64,000 nucleotides of DNA, from IMG/VR virus record IMGVR_UViG_3300028048_000060, positions 64,001 through 128,000 of that record, one strand, 5' to 3'. A program made the position numbers and the translations under genes. Of this stretch, positions 31,961 through 42,500 are shown piece by piece; the first letter of the stretch is position 1, and each line of letters starts with the position of its first letter. The stretch is from a virus (taxonomy: Duplodnaviria > Caudoviricetes). The notes beneath the pieces were generated by a model that saw only the letters and a list, made by a program, of their open reading frames with translations, did no database searches and was not told where the DNA came from.

Positions 31961-32587
31961 ATGGACGATATAGAAAACTTAGAACAAGATGGAATGCTTG
32001 AAAATTCAGAAGATACTGAAGAAACAATCCAAATAAGAAATCCAAGATGGAATGACTTAGAACACACAAGTTTTGACTGTGAGTTAAACCACCCTGAATA
32101 TGGATGGATTCCATTTACTGTTAAAGGAAATGATACAAGTTACTATTGTTCTGAAATTTGGAAAAACAGAGATACTTTTGAAATTCAAGAGTATGTTCCT
32201 GTTCAAGAAGACTTAGATGCTCTTAAAGAACAAAAACATCAAGAACTAAGAACTGAAAGGGACAAACTTAGACAGATAGAGTTTGCTGTGTATAACGATG
32301 CTAATTATCAGATTAGACAAGAAGACCAAGACAACATGAACACATTCTTAACTAATGCCATTGGGATGTTATCAGGAATAATGCCAAGAGAAAACTTCAG
32401 TATTATGGATGCTGATAATATTCTTAGAACTCTAAGTCCTGAACAAATAATTGAATTGGGACTAGAAATGAAAGCTAAGGTTAAAGAAATTTATGCTAGG
32501 TACTGGTATGCTAGAGATGTTTTGCTGAAAAATGCACAAACAAAAGAACAAATTTCAAAAATAACTATTCTTAGAACATTAAGCTAA
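31961..32587 (+). CDS. Tail fibre assembly chaperone-like protein
   Basis: IRNPRW..DCE..HPEYGWIPFT, DADN..L; follows the fibre gene. Confidence 0.65.
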   Translation: MDDIENLEQDGMLENSEDTEETIQIRNPRWNDLEHTSFDCELNHPEYGWIPFTVKGNDTSYYCSEIWKNRDTFEIQEYVPVQEDLDALKEQKHQELRTERDKLRQIEFAVYNDANYQIRQEDQDNMNTFLTNAIGMLSGIMPRENFSIMDADNILRTLSPEQIIELGLEMKAKVKEIYARYWYARDVLLKNAQTKEQISKITILRTLS

Positions 32588-32625
32588 TTAAATTAGCTTA
32601 AAGAACAACCTAAAGGGGATTTAAA

Positions 32626-33222
32626 ATGCCAAATCAACTTAAATTTTTGGATTTTACAGGTACTCAGTACCTTGTAAACAAAATTAAAGCAATAGATGCT
32701 AAGATTCCTACTTCACAGGAAATCAACACAATGATTTCATCTGCGTTGGAAACCTTTGAACAGGGTCTTGTAACTATTGTTGCTTCCTTAGATAGTGTAA
32801 CTACTCCTGAAGAAGGAAAGTTATACTTAGTTCCAGATACTAATGAGTCTTCAGGAGATGTCTATACTGTATGGGCATGGGAAAAGGTCTCAGGAACCTA
32901 TAAGTGGGTTCAGATGGGTGCTTGTACATTTACCCTTGTAGTAGACAGTGCTTTGAGTGATACATCTACTAATCCAGTTCAGAATAAAGTAGTTACTGCC
33001 GCACTGAATCTTAAAGCAAATGCTTCAGATGTACATGATGCTACCTTAACAATTCAGAAAAATGGAGTAAATGTTCAGACATTTAGTGCTAATGCTAGCT
33101 CCAATGCAACTTGTAATATAACAGTTCCTACATCTTTAACCGAACTAACAGACGACTACTTAACTTCTATCACCAATAATGAAATTGATGGAATGTTTAG
33201 TTCTTCAGGAAGTGGGTCATAA
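32626..33222 (+). CDS. Fibre/adaptor paralogue of 29156..29992
   Basis: Shared GTQYLVNKIKAID, EEGKLYLV, DSALSDTSTNPVQNKVV, ATLTIQKNG, EID.MF; DNA at 32941-32995 nearly identical to 29441-29495. Confidence 0.8.
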   Translation: MPNQLKFLDFTGTQYLVNKIKAIDAKIPTSQEINTMISSALETFEQGLVTIVASLDSVTTPEEGKLYLVPDTNESSGDVYTVWAWEKVSGTYKWVQMGACTFTLVVDSALSDTSTNPVQNKVVTAALNLKANASDVHDATLTIQKNGVNVQTFSANASSNATCNITVPTSLTELTDDYLTSITNNEIDGMFSSSGSGS

Positions 33223-33253
33223 CAGTATACAGGATGTATACTAACATTCTAAT

Positions 33254-33286
33254 ATCCTGTTCTCTTGGAGAACAGGATTTTTTTTT
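33254..33286 (+). terminator. Intrinsic terminator
   Basis: ATCCTGTTCTC-ttg-GAGAACAGGAT plus T-run. Confidence 0.85.
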
Positions 33287-33416
33287 AGATGTCTTAAACA
33301 GTGTTTGAGTCTTCTTTAAAGTTTAAATCTTGTTTATTATATAAAGACACATAAAAATTTCTTTTAATTTCCTAAAAAATTCTTTATAATAAATTAAATC
33401 ATAATAGGAGAAAGAA

Positions 33417-33749
33417 ATGGCAGTTTTACAACAAATTCAAATGAAATCAACTGAGTTCCAACCTTTAGCAGATTATATTCTTATCAAACCTGATGAAGTC
33501 GAAACAGACGAGTATACTCAGGGTGGGATTATCATCCAACACAAGAAATCTATCACCAACAGACCTACAGCAGGAGTTATCTTAGCAAAGGGAAAGGACT
33601 GTTCTGAAGTGGAAGTGGGTGACTATGTCGTGTTTCCTGACACAGATGGAATTGACGTTAAGTTCTTAGACTCAGACCCTAACAAAGAACACGCTGAGTT
33701 TATGCTTCTAAGATACAAGTCTGTGATAGGAAGAACAAAGAGAAACTAA
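33417..33749 (+). CDS. groES: Co-chaperonin GroES
   Basis: FQPLADYILIK, TQGGIII, G.ILA.G, VEVGDYVVF. Confidence 0.85.
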   Translation: MAVLQQIQMKSTEFQPLADYILIKPDEVETDEYTQGGIIIQHKKSITNRPTAGVILAKGKDCSEVEVGDYVVFPDTDGIDVKFLDSDPNKEHAEFMLLRYKSVIGRTKRN

Positions 33750-34080
33750 CAGTTTCTTCACTGAAACATCAGAACATCTTAAATTGTTTAAATGCTCTTT
33801 TATAGAGCATTTTTTATTATAAGGATTTAAAATGATTACATTAGGACAACTTTTACCATCCTTAGACCCTGTGTCTAAGATTATCATTACCAACGAAGAA
33901 GGTTATCCAGTTCCTTTAACTAAGGAAGACACTGTTACAACCTTTAGTCCTCGTTGCTTTGATGAAATAGACACATCTTATATTATTCCACTCTTAGACT
34001 CTAAGGTTAAGACTATATCACATCATTCTGAGTTTCTAGAGATTATTCTAAAAAAATTTTAGTTTAAGACAAATTTTTGC

Positions 34081-34109
34081 TTGATATTTAACTCAAAATA
34101 CATTATAAT
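34081..34109 (+). promoter_or_regulatory. Early sigma70-type promoter
   Basis: TTGATA-N17-TATAAT. Confidence 0.85.
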
Positions 34110-34145
34110 AATAAACATAAAGAGAAAAGAAGAAGGAAAAAAGAT

Positions 34146-34778
34146 ATGGAAATGTCAAGCATCATTAAAATCTTAGAAAAGACCTTTGATAAGATTAACT
34201 CAGAACTCTACAACAACGAACTCAAGAAGCCAATCATTACAGTTCAGACGGGACGTAGAACAGTCTTAGGTTGGTGTTCAGCATCTGAGAGATGGATTAA
34301 CGAAAAGAAAAAGGTCTACGAAATCAATATCGTAGCAGAAAATCTCAACCGAACCAAGGAAGGTATTATTGAAACATTACTCCACGAAGTAGTCCACCTC
34401 TATAACTCACAGCATGGAGTAGATGACTGTAACTCTCAGCAGTATCACAACAAGCACTTTAAGGAAGTTGCAGAAGCACATGGCTTAACCGTACAGAAAA
34501 TGCGAAACAGAGGCTTTGCTTATACTACTTTAAATGAAGTAGGAAAGAAGTTTGCTGATTCTTTAGATTTCAACTTTGATGCAGTTAGAATGAGTTGTGA
34601 ACCCATTGAGACTACTGGAACTGAGAATGGCAAAGACCCTCTTCCAAAAGCAAAGAAGACTTATGACAAACCAGTCACTTACGAATGTCCTTGTTGTGGA
34701 AGACGAGTAAGATTCCACAATTACAAACTTAACATTATTTGTGGAGACTGTGGCGAAAAGTTCGTTCCAATCAACTAA
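34146..34778 (+). CDS. SprT-like zinc metalloprotease with C-terminal Zn ribbon
   Basis: TLLHEVVH..YHNKHF; CPCC..CGDC. Confidence 0.8.
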   Translation: MEMSSIIKILEKTFDKINSELYNNELKKPIITVQTGRRTVLGWCSASERWINEKKKVYEINIVAENLNRTKEGIIETLLHEVVHLYNSQHGVDDCNSQQYHNKHFKEVAEAHGLTVQKMRNRGFAYTTLNEVGKKFADSLDFNFDAVRMSCEPIETTGTENGKDPLPKAKKTYDKPVTYECPCCGRRVRFHNYKLNIICGDCGEKFVPIN

Positions 34779-36903
34779 GAAGACCGGGGACAAAAGAGAC
34801 TTAAAAGAAATCTAAGTCTCTTATATAGAAACATAGAAAGAGAGAAAAGATATGAAAACTAAAAATTTTGATTTTGATGAATTTATTGGCTTAGTCTTTG
34901 AGAAGTGCCTCTGGGTTATTGGTGGATATGAAAACACAATGTCTGACTCAGAAGAAGGTTCTCCTGAATATGTCTATGCTGAAAACATCATTAAGGACTT
35001 GGATGCTATTTTAGATGAAGCGTTTGATGAACTTGAGTTCGACCTTAAGGCAAAGATTGAAACAGGAGTAAGAGACTTAGTAAGTCCTAAGGTCATTTTT
35101 AAATTACACGAAGAAGGATACTAAAATGGGAGAAGTAAATTATTATCTTTTAGAGAAGATGAAGAACGAACTAGGGCTTAATGAGTCTAAGACTAAGGTT
35201 AAGACCCTTGGATACAAAACAGTATTAAAGAAAGTAGACCCTTCTAAATTAAAACCTATAAGTGTCTCCAGTATAGACTCAGATGCTGAGGCTAAGAGTT
35301 GTAAAAAACTCCCTGAAAGAGGAAGGGAAAAGATTATCTACCTTCAGGGAGTAGAAAGTTATATCTTTAGACAAGGAACTTGGTTTAAGTTAAATTCTAA
35401 AGACAATAAGTTTTATCCTGTTGTTTAAAGTGAATCAACTTCTGCTTTAATCATTTTTTCTAACAGGATTTCAGACTTTTCAGGGACTTCGACTATAACC
35501 TTTGGTTTACGACCTCTTCTTTTCCTAGGAGTTTCAGACTCTGATGTCTCTGAGTCAGGAACAGTTATTTCTGAGACTTCTACTTCATTTGGTTTAGTCA
35601 AAGGTTTGTCCTTGTGGAGTTCTTTGGCGACCTTCTCAGCTACTTGGGTCGCACATTCCTTTCCAAACTGAATATCTGACTTATAAGGAGCAACTAATCT
35701 CAGTTCAATCCATCTCTTAGAAACAGGTTCTCCAATGACTTGTCCTTTTGAGAGCATTATGTCTCTTAACCAAAAGTCTTGGAGTACTATATATTTGTGA
35801 CAATTACAACAGTCACAGTTACATTTTAAGTTTTTCATTTTTATGTCCTTTATATTAAATACATATATTTATTTGGAATAATAAAGATGCCTAAGGAAAT
35901 ATTTACTTTAGAAGAGTACATAGAACACTTACAGTGCTTCTGTAATCTCTATGAACTTAATGATGATATGGCAGAAGAAGTCGAAATATATAAACTGTTA
36001 ATATCTTGGCTAAAAGAATTAAAACGTTATAGAAACTCTAAGGGGAAATATGTTAGACAAAGCAATTTTACACAAGAAGGAACACAGGAAACAGTATACT
36101 GGGTGTAAAGCAATCGACAAATCCTGTAGAAATCATGGCGATTGTCCTTGGTGTCAGGGAAACAGACATTATAGTAGCCTTAAACGTTTAGAAAAGACTG
36201 AATTTGACCTTAGATTAGCAAAGTTTGAAGTTGAAATATAAATAGAGACAAAATTGAACATCCATTTATTTTCCAACAGGAGAGATCACTTTGTTAGATA
36301 TAGTAGCAAAGCACTCATTCATAATAGGCATATACTGGATAGCATTTTCTATCGCTGTCTTTGGATTTGTGCTTTGTGAAGATGAGAAAAAAATCAGATT
36401 TGACATCTATGGCTTTGTTTTAATGGTTCTCGGTGTCTTGTCTGTAGTTCTTTTTATTTTGATACTAATATAAAGGTGTTATATGAAACTGATAGAAAAA
36501 ATTATCTTAGATGATATAGTAAAAGAGATAGAAAACCTCAAGGACGATTTCTTTATTGTAGATAGGAAACTCCAGTATAGAGTTACAGGGAGAACTGTTA
36601 GAGTAGATAAAGGAAATATCCTTATTGATGTAGACATGAAATGCAGAATGGGAGACGAATGCTTTTATCTCATTATATACAACCCAACAAACCCTGATCT
36701 TCTCGAAGGGAGCCAACTCTATGCAAGTCATTTCCACCACAAGGACCTCGAGTATGATGCTTATGATATGGCGAAAAAACTAGAGAAATATCTCAAGGGA
36801 AAATTTAATTAAACATAAAAAATGTTAAATGAATGATAAAAAGGGGCACTAAAAAGTGCTTTTTAAAATTTTCTTTATGTCTATATATAAAACAAGATTT
36901 AAA

Positions 36904-37674
36904 TTACCACCCAAATGGGTCTTGTTCACTATTATCAACAATAGGTCTCAGAACTCCATCATCTTTGTCTTCTTTTATATTCTTATCTACATCCACAGTC
37001 ACATCTCTAACCTCAGACTCTATGTCTTGGTCTGTCTTTGTGTTCAAAATAGACTCAAAGTAGTTATCCAAGACTTTGAAGTTTTCATCTGAAATTTCTA
37101 TGTTCTCTTCAATCTTCTCAGGACTGTCTGCTAAACTGACAGAGTCAGATACTTCGACTTCTAAGGTATTGACTAAGTCTTTGTCTTGGATATCATCATG
37201 GAGTTTAAACTGATAAGAGTTCAGTGTTAGTTTAATAACAGACTTAAGGTCAGAATATGCCCAAAGATTGTTGACTCCAGGAACTTTGAAGTCAACATCT
37301 GTTATCTCCATTACTTGGTTACTTGGGAATACTATCAACGCACTGTATAATGCTTCTAAGTTAATTCCTAATTTAGCTAGACTCTTAGAACTAATAAAGA
37401 CTTCATTGCTATAAAGATAATTAAGACCAAACTCTGTAAACTGATACTCTTGTCTTTCAATGTCGCTTTGGTCAGCAGGCAAGACATCAATATCAAAGAT
37501 GTTTTGTCCATTAGTCTTTATATTAGACCAGTCTCCAAACACAGTAAAGTCTATATTTTGTTTAAAGGTAATAATCAGTTTACACTGAACACCATAAAGC
37601 CCTATTGCTTCAGCAATAATGTTATTATGGAGACTGTATTCATTTTTGTGAGTAAAGTTCAGATTAAATCCCAT
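36904..37674 (-). CDS. Neck/head-completion protein, T4 gp14-like
   Basis: EY.L.....AEAI.LYG..C, FGD, FTEFGL, LIVFP...MEIT.V; ends DPFG; next to portal. Confidence 0.75.
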   Translation of the reverse strand: MGFNLNFTHKNEYSLHNNIIAEAIGLYGVQCKLIITFKQNIDFTVFGDWSNIKTNGQNIFDIDVLPADQSDIERQEYQFTEFGLNYLYSNEVFISSKSLAKLGINLEALYSALIVFPSNQVMEITDVDFKVPGVNNLWAYSDLKSVIKLTLNSYQFKLHDDIQDKDLVNTLEVEVSDSVSLADSPEKIEENIEISDENFKVLDNYFESILNTKTDQDIESEVRDVTVDVDKNIKEDKDDGVLRPIVDNSEQDPFGW

Positions 37675-37676
37675 AA

Positions 37677-39503
37677 TTACTCCTTAAACTGATTTAAGTA
37701 GTCTTCTAATTCCTGTTCCTTAGAGTAGTCCTTAGAGATATCAAAACCACCTACGTCTCTGACGGACCCTACGTTTCCTGGATTTTGCTGTCCTTGTTCC
37801 TGAGACTGAGACTGAGACTGTTCAGGGTTTTCGTTTTCTTCAGTATTCTCTCTGTCATTCTCTTTTCCTTCTTCATCTCCATAGGTGTCCTCAGGCCAAG
37901 GATTTTCATCAAAGTCTTCAGGGTCAGTAAAGACCTTAGGCGCTAAGTCCTGGATAGTCATTGGATTTCCTTCAGCATCGGTCATTCCAGCTAAACCTGC
38001 TTCAGTTCCTAACTCAATATCAGCTAACTGATAGAAGATATCAAACTTACCTGACTTCTTCTCTTCTTCGATGTCGTTTAAGTAATCATTTACCTGGTTT
38101 TCAGTTAGACCAAAGGTCCTCTTCATCAGTTCCTTAAATGGCATCACTGTTCCACCTATCTCCTTGATAGAATCCCATGCTTCAATCTTGTCATTTAAAA
38201 GTTGAATTTTCATCTTCTCTATAAAGAGATTTTCATTTGTAAAGTCTATATTGATAGAGTTGTTATATGTGTCCCACTCATCCTCTTTCATTATTCCAGT
38301 ACTTATTACTTCTCTCTTTAGTAAGTCTTTAAACAACTGAGAATAAACCTTTCTCAGTCTCGAAATAAAGCACATAAACTGGAGGTCTTCCTGGGTTGTC
38401 TCAGTAGCATCAATAGCAAAGGCATGGTCAGCATCTTCATCAATGTTTAAGTGGGACATTGGAATGTGTAAGGAACGATAAAGTTTTCTGTTTAGATATA
38501 AGATATCAGTGATTTCACCTAAGTTCTGTGTTTCATCTAAGGTATCTACCTGAACACCTTTGTCACCACCTCTGTTACTAAACCAGTAGTCTTCAACTAA
38601 AGATGTGATGTGCTGTTGGTTAGAAATTTCTCCAGTTTCGTTATTATAAAACTTCTTATACTTAAATCTTCCCTGGACTTCCTTCATGTATGCTTCTGCT
38701 CTCTGAGGAGGAAGTTTACCAACGTCCACATTAAAGACTCTTCGTGCTACACTTCGAGAAAATCTTAAAGGAATAAGTAAGTCTTCTAAGGACCTTAACA
38801 TGTTAGCTAACTTTAGACTGTATTCTAAGTAACTAAGGCACAACCAGTTGTCTTCATAGAGACCAAAGTCCATTCTTACAATTTCTTCAGGGCTATAAGT
38901 TTCATTCTCCATTTGATTAAAGTAGATACAGTTTGGAGAGTTTTCTACATACTTGTAGACTTTGTCCTGGAAGTCAAAGTACAGACCACAAGGTTCGATT
39001 TGTCTTAGTTTCTGAATTCCTTTCTTAGTTGATTTGTCATACTGACAGTGTATAATCAACTGTCCGTCAATGTACGCTTTCTTCACAACTTCAAACAGGT
39101 TCTTGTCAAAATTACCTAAGTCGATTATCTTGTCAAAGGCCTTTTGAAGAGCATTTACAAGTGCTTCATTGTCAATTTCGACATTTAGCTTTAGAGGAAA
39201 TCCTTCGTAAGCAAAAATTATCTCATTTGTTATAATATCAATAGCATTAGAAACTTCAGGTTGCATTGCGCATGCCCTGTAGTTTTTGATTTTAATCATC
39301 TGTCTTTGAACTAACTCTTCCTGTGTCATCTCTGAGAAAGGAGCCAACAGGTTTTCCTCTTGATAGTCAAAGAAGTCTGTAAGTCTTAGAGAACCATTTT
39401 CATCTGAAAGGTTGTTTAAGACATTTTTTGGATTAACTGTAGAAGACATTTTCTTAGACTTATGAGGTCTAAAAAACGCCTTCACTTTTTCTGTCAAAAG
39501 CAT
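37677..39503 (-). CDS. Portal protein, T4 gp20-like
   Basis: YR..A..PEV..AI..I.NE, YIDG, LEDLL...RFSR...RRVFNVDVG.LP, EDYW..RGG.KG..V.TL. Confidence 0.95.
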   Translation of the reverse strand: MLLTEKVKAFFRPHKSKKMSSTVNPKNVLNNLSDENGSLRLTDFFDYQEENLLAPFSEMTQEELVQRQMIKIKNYRACAMQPEVSNAIDIITNEIIFAYEGFPLKLNVEIDNEALVNALQKAFDKIIDLGNFDKNLFEVVKKAYIDGQLIIHCQYDKSTKKGIQKLRQIEPCGLYFDFQDKVYKYVENSPNCIYFNQMENETYSPEEIVRMDFGLYEDNWLCLSYLEYSLKLANMLRSLEDLLIPLRFSRSVARRVFNVDVGKLPPQRAEAYMKEVQGRFKYKKFYNNETGEISNQQHITSLVEDYWFSNRGGDKGVQVDTLDETQNLGEITDILYLNRKLYRSLHIPMSHLNIDEDADHAFAIDATETTQEDLQFMCFISRLRKVYSQLFKDLLKREVISTGIMKEDEWDTYNNSINIDFTNENLFIEKMKIQLLNDKIEAWDSIKEIGGTVMPFKELMKRTFGLTENQVNDYLNDIEEEKKSGKFDIFYQLADIELGTEAGLAGMTDAEGNPMTIQDLAPKVFTDPEDFDENPWPEDTYGDEEGKENDRENTEENENPEQSQSQSQEQGQQNPGNVGSVRDVGGFDISKDYSKEQELEDYLNQFKE

Positions 39504-39528
39504 ATAAATCTCCTAGTTGATTTTAAAC

Positions 39529-39569
39529 TATTTATATTTTTATTAAAAAGTTAAAGTCAAATATAAATA
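39529..39569. promoter_or_regulatory. Divergent late promoters for portal and sheath
   Basis: TATAAATA on - strand at 39529-39536 and + strand at 39562-39569. Confidence 0.8.
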
Positions 39570-39588
39570 TACAAAAAAGGAGATTTTT

Positions 39589-42500
39589 ATGGCTGAAATG
39601 ATGTCTCCTGGTGTCTATGTTACTGAGATAGATGCCAGTGAAATTGTCCCATCTGTATCTTCTTCTACAACTGTCTTTGGTGGAGATTTTACCAAAGGAC
39701 CTGTAGAGAAATACACTGAGATTACTTCTGTAGATGACTTAGTCGAATTCTACGGACTTCCAACAAACGATAACTATAATGACTGGTATCAGTGTTATAA
39801 CTTCCTTCAGTATGGAAACAGACTCTTAGTTTCAAGAGCATGTAACCTGAATGGCTATCCTATTTTTACTAATTCTAAGTTTAAAGGGATTAGTTCACAA
39901 GAAGGATATGGAACTGTAGACTATGGTATCTTTGGTTATGGTGATGGAGTAGATGACCAAAAGGTTCTTATTGATTCCAATCCAGGTTTAGTCCCTGGCG
40001 ATGTTATCTGCTTTGCTCAAGGAACAAATGACCCTGCGTCAGTTATCGATGAGTCAAAGACAGAGAGATACCTAATTGTTAGAATTGAAACAGTGTCAGA
40101 TACTCAAGGTCACGACATTGTAGCAATGAAATTAGACAGAGACTTAGAACTCCCACCTGAAGCATTAAAGACTTTAGAACCGACTCAGTCTAATATCATA
40201 GACTTCTATAATGAACACCCAAGAGTAGTTAAACTCTTAGAACATCATAATGGAAGTTGTGAAGCATTAGAATATGGCAATCATACCTTAGTAGGTGAGA
40301 ACCAGAACAAACCTCCATATCTGACTTGGAAGAAGAGTTCTATTAGATTCATGAAATACGAGTCAGGTGCTTCAACAGGAACCTATGAAACTAACATTGT
40401 CAACTACAGTGTTCCAGTGTTTATTCCAAATGGTCTAAAAGGAACCAATGTAGTATCTCAGGATACTGTTAGTCCTTCTGAGGGTCAGGGTGATAACTTC
40501 TTTAGAATCACTCAGAGGTCTACTCTAAATGAAGATATGGGTGTCTTATTTAAGACTAATATAAAAGTTTTAAATCCTGATGATTTTGACTACAAGGATA
40601 CTTCAGGGTCTATTGCTTTTAGTACATCTAAGTCAAAGTTGAAGTTTATGACAAGAACTCCAGGAATAGCAAGTTCTTATTATAAGATAGCAATTTGTGT
40701 CCCAAGTGACTTTGCTTCTAATGACAAAGCGCATACTGGAAATCACTGCACAAGATATGTTGTTCCAGGAATCCCAGTAGACAACCTGTTTGAGTATGCT
40801 CCAAAGACTAACTCAGCACAGATAGCAGTTGTTATCTATGACGAGGTTTCTAAGGAAGTCAAGGAAAGATATATTTGTTCCTTAGACCCTGAAGAAAAAG
40901 ACTCATACAACAACAGTATGTTTATTGAAAAGGTCATTAACAGAACATCAAATATTGTTTATGTTAAGTGTAACAATGCAACCACTGAAGACTCAAAGAA
41001 GACAATCTATCCATGGGTAAGTGACAATGGAATTGGAGAATGGAATCAGAGTGATACTCCTGAGGTAGTTCCTAATGTAGAGTCTTATTGCTTAGTAGCA
41101 GACTCAGAAGGAAATTACTTTGGTGTTACTCTAAGTCCACTGGACGCAAGTGATTCTCCTATTCAAAAGGATGACTTACTCAGTGCTTATGAAGTTTTTG
41201 AGAACAAAGACTTAATAGATGTAGATATTATTATTTCTAATGAGTTGGATAATGGTATCAGTGCTAAGAACTTAGCTGAGGCAAGACAGGACTGTATAGC
41301 TTATCTTGGAATTCCTTATGAGTATGTTGAGAATGAAAACTTGGGTATCCTAACAGTGTCTAAGAGAAGTGCTGAAGCAACTTCAAATATAGTTAGATTC
41401 AGAAACACTATCAACTATAACACAGACAGGGTTTCCTTAGTAGCTAACTATAAGTATCAGTACGACAGATACAATGACACTTATCGTTGGATTAACTTTG
41501 CAGGAGATGTAGCAGGTCTTAGAGCAAGGACATCTCAGGACTTAGAACCTTGGTATGCGAGCGCAGGTCTTAACAGAGGTCAGTTAAAGAATGTAACTAA
41601 GTTAGCTTACAATCCTAACCAGACCCAGAGAAATACACTGTACACTAATGGAATTAATCCAATCGTTGACTTCCCAGGACAAGGAATTGTTCTTTGGGGA
41701 CAGAAGACAATGTTAGATAAGAGTTCTTCTTTTGACCGCGTTAATGTAAGATGTCTGTTTTTAAAAAATTCTAATGACGATTCATTCGCATTAGTAGCTT
41801 AACATTAGCGCGAAGAGGTGGGTAAATACCAAAAAGGGAACCACCTAAAATAAAATACCAAAAAGGGAAAATAAAATGAATACAGAAGAACTTAAGAAGG
41901 AAATTCTTAATAATCTTTCAAAGAACAAATATGTTAAACCAAAATTTAGAATCGAAAATAATTTAACACCTAAGCAATGTTTTGATATACTGTATCCTGA
42001 GAAAATAAAGAAGTGTCAATATTGTGGGAAAGAATCAGAGTTTAAAAGTTTTTCTTTAGGATATAAAGATATTTGTGATTCAAAAGAATGTAAGCATAAG
42101 CATAGAATAGAAACTGTGACTAAGACCAATCTCGAAAAATATGGTGTTGAAAATGTCTCTCAATTAGAATCTATAAAGAAAAAGAAAACTGAAACTGTTT
42201 TTAAGCACTATGGTGTTTATGACTATCTCAATTCTGAACAGAATAAGCACAATATGTATGACGAAAACGGAGTTCAAAAAGCACAATCAAAAGAAGCAAA
42301 AGAAAAGAGAAAGAAAACTCTCTTAGAACGATATGGAACAACTGATATTTTTAAAATAAACAATGGTCGAGAAAGATCAAATTCAAAAGAAGGAAGAGAA
42401 AAGGCAAAACAGACTCTTTTAAAAAATCACGGAGTCACCAGTACATGGAAACTTCAAAAGACAAAAGACACTATCAAGAAAACTAATCTCGAAAAATATG

